From the IMG/VR virus record IMGVR_UViG_3300045988_150292, positions 14,386 to 78,385 of that record: a stretch of 64,000 bases of DNA. The stretch is one strand, 5' to 3'. Below the pieces are notes generated by a model. It was not told the DNA's origin and did not search any database. It saw nothing but the letters and a program-made list of their open reading frames with translations. The translations under genes were made by a program, and so were the position numbers. The stretch comes from a virus. The stretch's first letter is position 1; every line of letters starts with the position of its first letter. This document shows positions 30,186 to 40,757 of the stretch, in pieces.

Positions 30186-31826
30186 ATGGAGACTTTTACT
30201 GGACTTAAACTTGACAATGGAGCTCCTGTTTATACGCAGGAGTACATACAATCTCTGCGCGACGCTGACCGCAAGCATCCTGACAGACTCAAAATCGTGG
30301 CGCAGCGTGGAGGACAGGAACGTATGCTCTCTATCAACGCTGACATCAAAATTGTTGGAGGTTCAAGAGGTGGTTCTAAATCGTTCTCTTCTCTCATGGA
30401 GGTTCTGAAAGACATCAAGAAACCTGACTTCCATGCAGTTATTGTCAGAAAGGAGAAGGATGACTTGCAGTCGCTGATTACCGACTCTTACACGCTGTTC
30501 TCGCAGTTCGGCACTTACAACAAGTCTCCGAACGACATGACTTGGAACTTCACTAACGGAGGATGGCTGAAATTCTCGTATTACTCCGGGTCATTCAAGG
30601 ACTTCAAGGACAGGTTCCAGGGAAGGCAGTTCGCATATATCTGCATTGATGAGGGTACGCAGTGCCCGTACAAGAAATTCAAATACCTGCTCACAAACAA
30701 CCGTAACGCGGCGCACATAAGAAACAGATTCTGGATCACTTGCAACCCGGACCCGGAATCCTGGGTGAGGAAGTTCATCGACTGGGGGGTGGACGAGGAC
30801 GGATATATCATACCTGAACGTGATGGTGTCATAAGGTATTGCTTTATGGATGGCTACACACCGGACTCGATATACTGGGGTAACACCAGAGAGGAGGTCT
30901 ACGAACAGTGCTCACACCTCATAGACAGACTATGGAACAAATACAGGGACAGCTATGAACCGCTTGGGTACACGAAATATGACGTGTTCATAAAATCGGC
31001 AACATTCATAAGGGCTGACGTTTCGGAGAACATAAAGCTGATTTCTACCGACCCTTCGTATATAGCGAACCTCGCACAGCAGGACGAGGAGCAGAGAATG
31101 CGCGACCTTGAGGGTAACTGGAACTGGAAAGCGGCGGGCGATGACTTGATAAAGATGGGGGACATGGAGGCTGTCTTTGAAAACGCAGAGCAGGAGGGGG
31201 ACGGTATCGACAGGGCATCGGCGGACATCGCCTTCACTGGTGGCGACAACTTCGTGATGTGGCACTGGAAAGGATTCCACATCAAGGACCTTGTGGTTTT
31301 GAGACTCGACGCAAAGAGACTGGTGTCGTGCATTCAGACGAAACTCAGGGAGTGGGGAGTGGAGGAGTGTAACTTCACATACGACTTGCAGGGTATCGGA
31401 CAGTACCTCAAAGGATTCATGCCGGAGGCTGTGCCGTTCAACAACCAGGCGGCACCGATGGCGAAGAACAAAAAGGAACAGGAGGGAGTGAAATACTTGT
31501 ACAAGAACCTGAAATCGCAATGCGCATGGCTGTTCTACAGGCTTGTCAAGGACAAAGGGCTGTCAATAGACAGGGGGCTGCTTGACAGGAAATTCTCTGG
31601 TGACGGCTTCAAGAACTGGACTCTGAGGCAGATTCTGCAGAAGGAGAGGAAAATGCTACGGCGTGACGAGAACGGGGATGACAAGGGATTCAACCTGCTG
31701 GCAAAGACCAAGGCGAAGAAATATGTCGGACACTCGCCTGACTTCTTCGAGTCGCTGATATACATGATGATTTTCTCACTCACAAAAACTAAAAACAAAA
31801 ATATTAAAGGATTATGGAGGATTTGA
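30186..31826 (+). CDS. terL: terminase large subunit
   Basis: Walker A-like GGSRGGSKS and Walker B-like FAYICIDEG. 546 aa, directly followed by the portal gene. Confidence 0.85.
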   Translation: METFTGLKLDNGAPVYTQEYIQSLRDADRKHPDRLKIVAQRGGQERMLSINADIKIVGGSRGGSKSFSSLMEVLKDIKKPDFHAVIVRKEKDDLQSLITDSYTLFSQFGTYNKSPNDMTWNFTNGGWLKFSYYSGSFKDFKDRFQGRQFAYICIDEGTQCPYKKFKYLLTNNRNAAHIRNRFWITCNPDPESWVRKFIDWGVDEDGYIIPERDGVIRYCFMDGYTPDSIYWGNTREEVYEQCSHLIDRLWNKYRDSYEPLGYTKYDVFIKSATFIRADVSENIKLISTDPSYIANLAQQDEEQRMRDLEGNWNWKAAGDDLIKMGDMEAVFENAEQEGDGIDRASADIAFTGGDNFVMWHWKGFHIKDLVVLRLDAKRLVSCIQTKLREWGVEECNFTYDLQGIGQYLKGFMPEAVPFNNQAAPMAKNKKEQEGVKYLYKNLKSQCAWLFYRLVKDKGLSIDRGLLDRKFSGDGFKNWTLRQILQKERKMLRRDENGDDKGFNLLAKTKAKKYVGHSPDFFESLIYMMIFSLTKTKNKNIKGLWRI

Positions 31827-33526
31827 AAGTAACGGATTTGAGGGAACTGCTCGTGAAAAAGCCGTTCTTCGAAGTGACGCCTAAAGGCTACATGAAACAC
31901 GACCTGTTCAACAGGGAGGTGACGGACAAGGAGAACCCTTCGATGCCGGAGGACACGCTCTACAGAAGGATCAAGACGCAGGCGGACTTCCTCAGGGAGT
32001 TCTATCCTTCTGGACACCGCATCTGGGATGAGGAGGAATATCCTGACATATACAAGCAGAACCCGGAGGACGGGAAATGGTACGTACAGAAGATAATGAG
32101 GACGGCGTTCGCATTCCAGTTCCTGATATGGGTGAAGCATGTACTGCACGTGACGGGAAATGACATCCAGTTCGAACTTACCGACAGCGAAAACGATAAG
32201 GGCATCGAAGATGACCTGAAACTGCTTTCCAAGTTCAAGAAGGGATGGCTGACACACAACGTCGAGATAAGGTTCTTCGAAGCGGTTTGTGCGTATATGA
32301 AGGTCGCCGAGGGGGCTATTGTGGGTTTCTTTGACAAAAACAAGAGGTTTGGACTGAAAACTCTGTCTTACGATAACGGGGACATTTTATACCCGCATTA
32401 TGACTCGCTGACAGGTGAGACGGCAGCTTTCGCAAGAAAATACTACGACTATGATGATGACGGAAAGGAAATCACTGAATGGGTCGAAGTGTGGGATGAC
32501 AGGAAATTCTACAGGTTCAAGAAGGGACTCGGTAAAGGGAAACTGGCTAATACGGTCGTAAGGATAGCGAGGATTTTCGGAATCAGTGACTATACGCTTG
32601 TCAATGAGGAACTGCACGGATTCCTGTTCGTGCCTGTGGCTTACAAAAGGAATGATGACGGACCGTGCTGGAGCCCGGTGCAGAGAAACATTGAAGACTA
32701 TGAGGAGGCGTATGCTTACCTGTGCGAGAACAACAAGGCGTATGCGTTCCCTATACTGTCTCTGACGGGTGACGGAGAGAGCATTTCTGTGACAGGAGAC
32801 AATACGGGAGCGGCTAAGACTATTCTTATCACCGACCCTGACGGAAAAGCGCAGTTCCTCAACGGAACGGATGCATCTAACGCTTTCGCAACTCAGCTGA
32901 ACAAATCGTATGACCTTATTTATGAATTGTCGTTCACTGTAAAGCCTCCTGAGCTGAAATCGGGTGACTTGCCTGGGGTCGCTCTGAAACTGCTGTATTC
33001 TCCGGCTATAGAAATGGCTACCAATGATGCACAGAAACTGCAGCCGTTCCTCGACCAGATTGTGCGTATTTGCAAGTTCGGAATAGGAACAGAGGAGGAC
33101 TGCATGGCGTCGATGACGGGGTTGTCTGTAAACGCATGGATTGAACCGTATGTGCATCAGAATGACACGGAGCTGGTGACGAACCTCGCAACGGCGGTAC
33201 AGAACAGCTTCCTGTCGAAACAGACGGCTTCGGAACGTAATTCCAAGTTCAGCAAGAATGATGAGTTTACTCGCATCATGAGGGAAAAGAAGGAGGAGCA
33301 ACAGCAGGATCTGCTTATGGACATCGAAAGGGCGGACAACGAGACGGAAAACGCTATCCAACAACAGAAGGAAGCGGCAAAGATAAACCAACAGTCTTCG
33401 GGAAGCGATATGAATACCGGTAACGGAAGGAAAGCGGGAAGACCGAACAAGTCCGGAAAGGAATATGACGAAAACAGAAACTGGGACGGACGCAACAACT
33501 GGCAGAATTACAACCGTAGTCATTGA
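31814..33526 (+). CDS. portal protein
   Basis: 570-aa ORF overlapping the terL stop. Acidic/basic C-terminal tail. Confidence 0.75.
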   Translation: MEDLKVTDLRELLVKKPFFEVTPKGYMKHDLFNREVTDKENPSMPEDTLYRRIKTQADFLREFYPSGHRIWDEEEYPDIYKQNPEDGKWYVQKIMRTAFAFQFLIWVKHVLHVTGNDIQFELTDSENDKGIEDDLKLLSKFKKGWLTHNVEIRFFEAVCAYMKVAEGAIVGFFDKNKRFGLKTLSYDNGDILYPHYDSLTGETAAFARKYYDYDDDGKEITEWVEVWDDRKFYRFKKGLGKGKLANTVVRIARIFGISDYTLVNEELHGFLFVPVAYKRNDDGPCWSPVQRNIEDYEEAYAYLCENNKAYAFPILSLTGDGESISVTGDNTGAAKTILITDPDGKAQFLNGTDASNAFATQLNKSYDLIYELSFTVKPPELKSGDLPGVALKLLYSPAIEMATNDAQKLQPFLDQIVRICKFGIGTEEDCMASMTGLSVNAWIEPYVHQNDTELVTNLATAVQNSFLSKQTASERNSKFSKNDEFTRIMREKKEEQQQDLLMDIERADNETENAIQQQKEAAKINQQSSGSDMNTGNGRKAGRPNKSGKEYDENRNWDGRNNWQNYNRSH

Positions 33527-34305
33527 TGCTTATGGACGAGAAAAGACGTGGAGCTGAATATGCGGCGAAAAGGGCGCAGGCTCTCAGAAACATGGAACGA
33601 AGAATACAGAAAGAACTGTTCCCAAAAGCGAAGCTCATCATTGCAGCGGCAAGGAAATACCGGCGCGGAAACAAACTCTACAGACAGGAGAAGCTGCTTG
33701 AAGAGGCGAGGGGGATAACGAGAGAGGCGGCAGGGAACATCTTGAAGTTCACGGAGGCTTATGCCTACGCTTCGGCTGACATTCTCGGCACTGAAGGGAA
33801 CGGCATCGCTTCCCTGCTCTCCGGGAAGGTGTACGGAAGGACCATCAGCGAGAGGATGATGGCGTACCTTGACAATTTCGCAGAGGATATGGTGAGAATG
33901 GTCAAGGCTGGCGTGATGATGGACTACAAGGAGGAGCAGATTCTTTCGGCTATAAGGACTGGCTATAAGGACCCTTACCGAACTTCGGTAATCACAAAGG
34001 CGAGGAGAAAGGATGTTAACATCGCTACGCCTTCTTACGGGAAGGGTGTATTCCGCAATGCATACAGGAACATCGTCAGAAACTCTACGCAGGTGATTGC
34101 ATTGGCGTGGGGACTGGCAGAGAAGGAATATGGCATGGAAATGGAAGCTGTCGGATTCCGGGTGTATCGGGGGTCAAGCTTTCCGTGCGACCAATGCGAC
34201 CATGAGTGTTCTTATGTTCACAAATGGACGGACCCGTTCCCGCCTTTCCACGTATCGTGCGTGTGCTATGTGGAGTTTGTGTTTGAAGATGATTTAATTT
34301 CTTGA
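33523..34305 (+). CDS. head morphogenesis protein (SPP1 gp7 / Mu F-like)
   Basis: Follows the portal gene with an ATGA overlap. The C-terminal PPFHVSCVCY resembles the PP.HP.CRC motif of this family. Confidence 0.6.
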   Translation: MMLMDEKRRGAEYAAKRAQALRNMERRIQKELFPKAKLIIAAARKYRRGNKLYRQEKLLEEARGITREAAGNILKFTEAYAYASADILGTEGNGIASLLSGKVYGRTISERMMAYLDNFAEDMVRMVKAGVMMDYKEEQILSAIRTGYKDPYRTSVITKARRKDVNIATPSYGKGVFRNAYRNIVRNSTQVIALAWGLAEKEYGMEMEAVGFRVYRGSSFPCDQCDHECSYVHKWTDPFPPFHVSCVCYVEFVFEDDLIS

Positions 34306-34311
34306 AGATAA

Positions 34312-34830
34312 TTGTGTATGGATGGATATACTTTGACGGTACAGGCGCTGAAAACAGCGAAATCGTATGGAATGAAGGCACCGGAATATCTTATTTACGC
34401 TGACCTCAGAGCAGCGGGATGGTGCAAGCGTGATGCATGGAGCGTGGCGTTCCAGGGAATAGGGCTGAACTGGGAGAAAGCGGAGCTTGAAAGGGAGATG
34501 AACAAGCTGGAGGCGCTCGGCTCGGTGCAGAGGCGCGTGGCGGAACAACAGGAGAAAAGCAGAGGGGATGAAATATCTCCGGAGGAACTGGCGAAGGAGA
34601 CTTCAAAGGAGACTATTCTCAAAAAACTGGTAAGGGCAGAGAAAAAGGCTAAATTCGGCTCTACGGAGTGGATGAAGATTGTGGCGCTTGAAGCTGACTA
34701 CAACAAGATTAAGCAGGATGAGATTGATACGGAGAACAATACCGTACACTATTACTTGCCTAAAGACTATCCTACGTGCAAGGAGGACTGTCTGTTGTTC
34801 AAGAACAATCTCTGCAAAGGGGGAAAATAG
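34312..34830 (+). CDS. hypothetical protein
   Basis: 172-aa ORF, last gene of the plus-strand packaging block. Confidence 0.45.
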   Translation: MCMDGYTLTVQALKTAKSYGMKAPEYLIYADLRAAGWCKRDAWSVAFQGIGLNWEKAELEREMNKLEALGSVQRRVAEQQEKSRGDEISPEELAKETSKETILKKLVRAEKKAKFGSTEWMKIVALEADYNKIKQDEIDTENNTVHYYLPKDYPTCKEDCLLFKNNLCKGGK

Positions 34831-34977
34831 TTAATTTAATGTTAAAGGCAACAGGCAATTGGGAATAAGTGGAAGAATTGGTTACTTTTGCAACAACTTT
34901 TAATGAGCGGGGAGCTTTCCTCGTTTCATAATTCTAAAATTTTCAGTTGAGGCGGTGCTGTGAAGCATCGCCTTCTT

Positions 34978-35175
34978 TTATTTGTACTCCTTGCCGGTGA
35001 TGCGCTCAAGAATGGCGAAGAATGTTTCGTTCACAAGACTGTCACTGAAAAGCGGAAGGCTGCTTTCTGGTGGAAGTTGTCTGGTTCCCAAAGACCAAAG
35101 GATAATGCGCATGGCTTGCTCCATAGCGTAGCGGTCTTCTATGATTTCTACAAGTCTGTCAATTCCGTTGATCAT
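34978..35175 (-). CDS. small hypothetical protein
   Basis: 65-aa ORF overlapping the upstream stop. Weak support. Confidence 0.3.
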   Translation of the reverse strand: MINGIDRLVEIIEDRYAMEQAMRIILWSLGTRQLPPESSLPLFSDSLVNETFFAILERITGKEYK

Positions 35176-35731
35176 CTCCTGTCTCCTTTCTCATTATTTC
35201 TTCTGCCATGTCAAGAAGGGTATTGGCGTGGGTCTCTCTCGCTGCGGTTTCTTCAACGGCGGCTTCGTTCTCCTTGCGAAGTTCTTCGTCGCTCTTGCCG
35301 GTATCGGCTTTCTTGTTCAGCTCCTTGCCTGCACGGTCAAGGTATTCTGACAGGAGCTTCTGTTTGGCTACCTGGTATTCGTAGTCACCTACAACGGTGG
35401 TGTCGGCGAACATCGCAACGAACATGGCTTCGGCGTTCTTGGCTTCTACTCCATACAACTGTCTCTCGCCGGTTTCGTCCATAACAACACGCAGTGCGTC
35501 GATGGCGTCATACATGGATGTGCCCATGATATACTCAACCGACCACGAACCGCTGATTGTACCTACCTTGATGAAAGGCAGTGTACGGCCGTTGCCAAGA
35601 TGTTTCTGCACTTTCCTGGGGATGCCTGACGCGTTTCTCAAACGGCTAAGTTCTTTCTTGCCAAGACCTTTGGCATACTTCAAGATGTAGTAGTTGCCTA
35701 CTTTGACTTTTACTCCAAACTCTAATTTCAT
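35159..35731 (-). CDS. hypothetical protein
   Basis: 190-aa ORF in the replication/recombination block. Confidence 0.5.
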   Translation of the reverse strand: MKLEFGVKVKVGNYYILKYAKGLGKKELSRLRNASGIPRKVQKHLGNGRTLPFIKVGTISGSWSVEYIMGTSMYDAIDALRVVMDETGERQLYGVEAKNAEAMFVAMFADTTVVGDYEYQVAKQKLLSEYLDRAGKELNKKADTGKSDEELRKENEAAVEETAARETHANTLLDMAEEIMRKETGDDQRN

Positions 35732-35748
35732 ATTCCTCTTTTTTTATG

Positions 35749-36201
35749 TTATAAATTCTGTCTTCTTCCGTACTCGCAAATAAGCAGGGCGTCGCAGGTG
35801 GCAAGCGTTATCTTCTTGCCCAAATGCGGGAACATCTGCTGCGCCTTGGCTTTTAGCCTGTTCTTCCACTCTGTCTTTGTGTACTTGCCGCTGCTGCCAA
35901 GCTGGTATGCCTTCTCCCACTTGTTCGGCGTGACGTCTTCTGTGGGGATATGCAGGGCGAGCAACGCCATCTGCAGGTGGCCGTAGCCCTTGCCGAAGTT
36001 GAACATCGCACTGCCGCCGTTGCCGGGCATTCCGCCTACTCGCTCCAGTGTGCAGAAGCTGTCGTCCTTGTACTGCTCCAGGAAGTCAAGCAAATCCTGC
36101 GGCGTTTCCGGCATCTTCACTACATCAAGCACCTCCCCGTCGGCTCCCATCACTGCGATGCCACCGTGCTTGCCTGGGTCTATTCCTATATATCTCTTCA
36201 T
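35749..36201 (-). CDS. RuvC-like Holliday junction resolvase
   Basis: N-terminus MKRYIGIDPGKHGGIAV (catalytic Asp motif). 150 aa, typical of phage RuvC-family resolvases. Confidence 0.7.
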   Translation of the reverse strand: MKRYIGIDPGKHGGIAVMGADGEVLDVVKMPETPQDLLDFLEQYKDDSFCTLERVGGMPGNGGSAMFNFGKGYGHLQMALLALHIPTEDVTPNKWEKAYQLGSSGKYTKTEWKNRLKAKAQQMFPHLGKKITLATCDALLICEYGRRQNL

Positions 36202-36731
36202 TTCTCCTCCTTTCTTTCAAGTTCCATAATCGTCAGGATGGCGTAGTTTGCAAGGTCTTTAAGACTGTCCTTCATCCCTTCGCCTTTCACCTTCGCCTCA
36301 TCCTTCATAAGCGACTTCACTCGCTCCAGTTTCTCCTTCATGTGTCCGTAGGCGTATGTCATGCCGCACTCCTTGAACAGATTGCTGAAGCTATTCCCGT
36401 AGTCTTGATTCTTAGCCTTATAGGTATCGAGCATCTTGTCAGTGATAGTTTTGAAGCAGTCTGCATCGCTTTTCTCGGTTTCTGTTTTAAAAACCAAGAG
36501 ATCAGCAACCTTCGCCAGTGAGACTATATCCACATTATAGGAATACAACGTAGATATGGTTGCTTTAATCCTACACATTTTGTTTCCTATATCAATAATC
36601 TTGATGAAGAACGAACCAATATTATGTAGAGGATCTATTACGTCAACAAACGACAAACTTGTAATCTCTATCAAATCAAACCTCTCTATCTGCAAGATTG
36701 AACCAACCTTAATATATTCTTCCTTAATCAT
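36198..36731 (-). CDS. hypothetical protein with DUF1599/MazG-like helical C-terminus
   Basis: KAKNQDYGNSF...MKDSLKDLANYAIL resembles the K-x-x-DYG helical domain (from memory). Confidence 0.35.
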   Translation of the reverse strand: MIKEEYIKVGSILQIERFDLIEITSLSFVDVIDPLHNIGSFFIKIIDIGNKMCRIKATISTLYSYNVDIVSLAKVADLLVFKTETEKSDADCFKTITDKMLDTYKAKNQDYGNSFSNLFKECGMTYAYGHMKEKLERVKSLMKDEAKVKGEGMKDSLKDLANYAILTIMELERKEEK

Positions 36732-36734
36732 AAT

Positions 36735-37079
36735 CTATTCCTCCTCTTGAAACGTATGAATCTTTTGAATCATATCCTTAGGCGGATTATGGAAGAGAAT
36801 AATGCAGAAGTCGCCATGCTCTTTCGTATGCACCTTTTTCAGGCCACAACCGACAAGCCAGCCAGCACCATTAATAAACGGTTTAAGAATCTCGTGTACC
36901 GCACTCTTTGCGTCCGGCTTAACGATAATAACTCCGCCGGTCTTACGAAGCCCTTCAAGTTTCTCCCACTGGGCTTCAATATTTTTATCACCTACAAAAA
37001 GCTCGTATCCATAAGGATTAACAACCTCTTTGTCTATACCCATTCCCTCTACAATTTCTATTACAATAATCGGTTTCAT
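36735..37079 (-). CDS. hypothetical protein
   Basis: 114-aa ORF, AT-rich block. Confidence 0.45.
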   Translation of the reverse strand: MKPIIVIEIVEGMGIDKEVVNPYGYELFVGDKNIEAQWEKLEGLRKTGGVIIVKPDAKSAVHEILKPFINGAGWLVGCGLKKVHTKEHGDFCIILFHNPPKDMIQKIHTFQEEE

Positions 37080-37084
37080 ATTTC

Positions 37085-37432
37085 TTATTCTTTTATATCT
37101 TTAATTTCAATAAAATTACCAATGCCCAAACGAGCCTTGTTGATGCAAGATGCAATCCAACCCATAAGGTAGGCGGAAGCCTCATGGCAACAAAGCCCCA
37201 TCTTCATAGAACCCTTGCTTTCAAAATTAATAAATGAACAAATCTTCTTATTCGCCTTATCTCTAACGCAATCGTAGGTTACTGCGTCATAATTAGTGAA
37301 ATCAACCATCAAAACCTCGCCATTTCTGCCTTCAAAACACTTATTAGCGTCCTCTTGGTTCATACCAATAGCGACACACAACCTCCTCGGATAGATAACA
37401 GGGTCGTATTCGTAATATCCTTTCTTCTTCAT
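37085..37432 (-). CDS. hypothetical protein
   Basis: 115-aa ORF, AT-rich block. Confidence 0.45.
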   Translation of the reverse strand: MKKKGYYEYDPVIYPRRLCVAIGMNQEDANKCFEGRNGEVLMVDFTNYDAVTYDCVRDKANKKICSFINFESKGSMKMGLCCHEASAYLMGWIASCINKARLGIGNFIEIKDIKE

Positions 37433-37785
37433 TATAATTCACGAATTAGCTTAGTTATACGTTTGTATACCTTGATCATTGGAGCATTAAAAAATTCAGT
37501 TTTAACAATATATGTTCTACCTTGTTTTATAACTCCAACAAGTTGAGGATTAGCCCATATCCCATACAAATCTATACGATACGCCCCCTTGTCTGTAGCC
37601 ACAAGATAATAGGTCTCTGTGCTAAACTTTTCTTTGCTTCCAGACGTTTCTACGATTTTGTCTACAGAGTACACCGTAATGGTGTCATACAACTCACGAT
37701 TGCCCTCTTGGAATCTCTGATCCCTGCTGCACATTGCCAATAGCAACGTCATAGCGATTAATGCAATGAATAAATATTTCCTCAT
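37432..37785 (-). CDS. putative lipoprotein
   Basis: Signal peptide and lipobox MRKYLFIALIAMTLLLAMC. Confidence 0.5.
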   Translation of the reverse strand: MRKYLFIALIAMTLLLAMCSRDQRFQEGNRELYDTITVYSVDKIVETSGSKEKFSTETYYLVATDKGAYRIDLYGIWANPQLVGVIKQGRTYIVKTEFFNAPMIKVYKRITKLIREL

Positions 37786-37895
37786 ATCTCAACTATTTTA
37801 TTATTAAAAATCCAGTTTCTTCCTCAATGGCTCGCTCAGTTTCTGTATCACCTCGCTATAATCAAATGTCATCTCTGAATTTATCATCATCTATA

Positions 37896-38108
37896 CTATC
37901 TTTTATGTCCTATATGCCACATACTGCATACATGGCACTTGTATACTGTCATTCCCTGTCCGGCAAGTCTCGGATTCTGCTGCAGGTATTCCCATGCTTC
38001 ATCCTCGCTCCTGTACGCCACCTTAGCCTTCCACGACCTCGACTTCCTCGTCCAGTGCTCAGAGTCTGGAGTGAAAGGAGGCATCTTGTTCCTGTATCTC
38101 CCCGCCAT
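37896..38108 (-). CDS. small Cys/His-containing protein
   Basis: 70 aa, with YKCHVCSMWHIGH near the C-terminus. Starts 2 nt after the primase stop. Confidence 0.4.
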   Translation of the reverse strand: MAGRYRNKMPPFTPDSEHWTRKSRSWKAKVAYRSEDEAWEYLQQNPRLAGQGMTVYKCHVCSMWHIGHKR

Positions 38109-38109
38109 A

Positions 38110-39657
38110 TCAGTCGTCGTCTCTGATGAAACTCTCGCTGTCCTCCTTCTTCACCGGAAGCTCGGAAAGCAACACCTGCTCCATAACCCTATCCTCAGTG
38201 GCTCCGTATACCTTATAGACCATGCCGGAAGGTGTCTTCCTCTTGAAGAAACGCTCCTTGTCCCTCATAAGCCTGCCGAAACGCTGTATAGAAGGGATGT
38301 CCCTCTCGTCAACGTCATTGTCCCTGCAGAACGTAGTGAAGCTCGTATACATCTTCGCAGCGGGTATCTCAACGCCTATCTCGTTCTGCGCCTCCTTGCC
38401 CGGACGCATACCGTAAGCCGCTACCCAGGCAGTAATTGGCTGGCTGCTCATCAGACTCAACAGCTTCTGCCTGTCGTTCAAGTCTGACTCCGGGAACACG
38501 AAACGACGCTTCCTCAGCTCCTGTGCACCGCGAAGGACCCAGTTGAAGACTCCGCTGAGCTCGGAAGAGACTATCTTTGAAGACAATGCCTTGTCCTCCT
38601 TCTCCTTGGGGACTACGACGTTGAAGCTCACGAACTGAAGCCTTCGTATGAATCCGAAAGAGGCATCCTCGGAAAAAGGAAGCTCGTTCATGTTGAAGAT
38701 CATATACGGAAGCCTGCGGGTCTCAAGGATATTCTTCCCCAATTCCCTCATAGGGACAGGCTCTCCGCTGACAAGTCTCTTGAACATTCCGTTGTCTCCC
38801 CTGCCGAACTTCTTAGCGTCAGAGTCCATTGACCAGTTGAAGATGGCGTTCCTTATAGGGAACCTCCCTCTCATTCCCTCGTCTCCCTGCGCAGTCAGCG
38901 CCCCGTAGTCCATGGAACTTATCCTCTCCTTGCCGAAAAGGGCACTCATGACCTCATACACTACGCTCTTGCCGTTCTTTCCGGTACCGAGGAGTATAAG
39001 GCACAACTCTATCTTGGAAGTCGTCTTCCCGTCATATTTGTTATACGCATCACCCCTCTGCACAAGACCGAGTCCGAGGAACATCTGAAGTATCAGACGG
39101 GAGGTCTTGTCCGGAAGCATCTCGTGAAGGAAACTCTGCCATCTCAAACACTTCGCCTTGGGGTCGAAATCATAAGGGTGGTAGTATATGACGTGCCACT
39201 CGGGACCGAATGGCATCACCTGAGGGTCTATCCTGTTAGTGCCGAAATCAACAACACCGTTCTTGAAAGCTACGACATCAAACTGCGGACTCAATACATT
39301 ATACAGCTTTATCGTAGCCAGAAACACATCCCTCATCACTGTAACGTTGTCAACCATCCTCGCAAGCGCAAGACCTTCAAGCAACAGCCTGTACGCCTGC
39401 TTCACCACATCATCGTCACACCTCTCGTATATCACTCCGTTGAAAAGATAGAAACTGCCGTTATACCACTTCACAGGACAGTCCTTCGCAAGCTCCCTTA
39501 TGCCACGGCAGAAAGAAAGCTTCTTGCTGTTATACAACTCACCATTGGTACGTCCCCACTCACTCCGCAGAGAGTCAAGACCGTAACGCGGATTCCTCGA
39601 CAACGTAAGCAACTGCTGGTACAGAGTGTCTATCATCAATCCTGTATTCCTGCTCAT
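38110..39657 (-). CDS. primase-helicase (P4/D5-type, SF3 NTPase)
   Basis: 515 aa. Walker A LLGTGKNGKS, a downstream Walker-B-like region, and the overall layout of phage/plasmid P4-family primase C-terminal domains. Confidence 0.75.
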   Translation of the reverse strand: MSRNTGLMIDTLYQQLLTLSRNPRYGLDSLRSEWGRTNGELYNSKKLSFCRGIRELAKDCPVKWYNGSFYLFNGVIYERCDDDVVKQAYRLLLEGLALARMVDNVTVMRDVFLATIKLYNVLSPQFDVVAFKNGVVDFGTNRIDPQVMPFGPEWHVIYYHPYDFDPKAKCLRWQSFLHEMLPDKTSRLILQMFLGLGLVQRGDAYNKYDGKTTSKIELCLILLGTGKNGKSVVYEVMSALFGKERISSMDYGALTAQGDEGMRGRFPIRNAIFNWSMDSDAKKFGRGDNGMFKRLVSGEPVPMRELGKNILETRRLPYMIFNMNELPFSEDASFGFIRRLQFVSFNVVVPKEKEDKALSSKIVSSELSGVFNWVLRGAQELRKRRFVFPESDLNDRQKLLSLMSSQPITAWVAAYGMRPGKEAQNEIGVEIPAAKMYTSFTTFCRDNDVDERDIPSIQRFGRLMRDKERFFKRKTPSGMVYKVYGATEDRVMEQVLLSELPVKKEDSESFIRDDD

Positions 39658-40757
39658 ATCAATTCTCTCTTCTCCTCATTTCACAATTATATTATACAAT
39701 ACGCTAAATACATCAAAACACACGCAAAAACATATGTAAAAACGTATATCCAATGTAAAAATGCACATTATGATTATTCAGTGCACACTTCTGAACATTG
39801 TAGAAGATTGACGTTTTTCATCAAGTCGTTGAAAACCAATGATTTACGAAATTATCCATACCCGTGGTTTTTTGCCTAACCCAATTTTAACTTCAATCTA
39901 TTGTATAGCAAAGATAAGAAAAATTTCTATAAATATGCAGAAGTACTTTAAAATAAGGGGATTATTATGCATTGTTAACATACATAATATGTAGGATAAA
40001 TATGCTAAGACAAAATCTGACATTTTGAGTGTTTGACCACACTCATATTTTCAAAACAAGCCCCTCTGTATACTTATGCAAAATAACAGGTGTTAACAAT
40101 CAATGAATAAATCTTGACAATTAACCTAAATTTGCAGTTGAGAAAAACAAGAAAAAGAAAAAATTTTTGTGGGGTGAGTGACCGCGAAAGCGCCCATTTC
40201 CCATGGGGGGGGGTGGGTGTCCTTCATTTTTGGTGTCATACCAACACTTATTAAACGTCTATCACACACGTTAAACTATGTTATTTTAGATAACCTTGTT
40301 TTGTAAAGATTTTTTCACACTTTGAAAACCCTTTGTTACTTTTGTAATTATATTTTGTAACCCTCTGTCCTTCAACCACTTACATCCGTATATTAATTCT
40401 TTTCTTTTGTATATATATCCACAAAAGGCTGAATATTGTATAATTGTATTTACACACTCAAACGTTATCATTATTTAATTAAACTTATATAAAATTCACT
40501 CTGTTATTGACCCTCTTTTGTTAACACACCTTTCGTTTCTTAATTTATATTTTGTGTTTATTGTGTAACTTATTGAATATCAGTTATTTACACGTTAGGT
40601 TAAAAATCTAAATTTTTGTATATTTGTTTGGCAGCTACATATATTGTTAGTACCTTGGGGTACGTTCAGCGGAACGCATATATATACCTATGCTATAGGC
40701 GTATCTGGTTGTCTGGTAGAACCGATATTAAATCTGCCACTTAAATTACATAGAATT
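39658..40757. promoter_or_regulatory. AT-rich divergent control region (possible origin/promoters) with a GC-rich island and G9 run
   Basis: 1.1 kb without credible ORFs between divergent operons. TATATTTG at 40619-40626 (plus strand), several TTTTGTAA motifs, a GC island at 40169-40222 and G9 at 40205-40213. Confidence 0.5.

Noticed and set aside
28968-33523. Long antisense ORFs 28968-29969 (plus), 30930-31520, 31535-32257 and 32387-33523 (minus).
   Set aside because: They lie opposite well-supported scaffold, terminase and portal genes and have implausible composition.
40171-40217. G-quadruplex in the GC island.
   Set aside because: Only the G9-T-GGG part is compact. The fourth tract (GGGG at 40171) is about 30 nt away. 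This cannot be supported without prediction or experiment, so it is noted only as a homopolymer.
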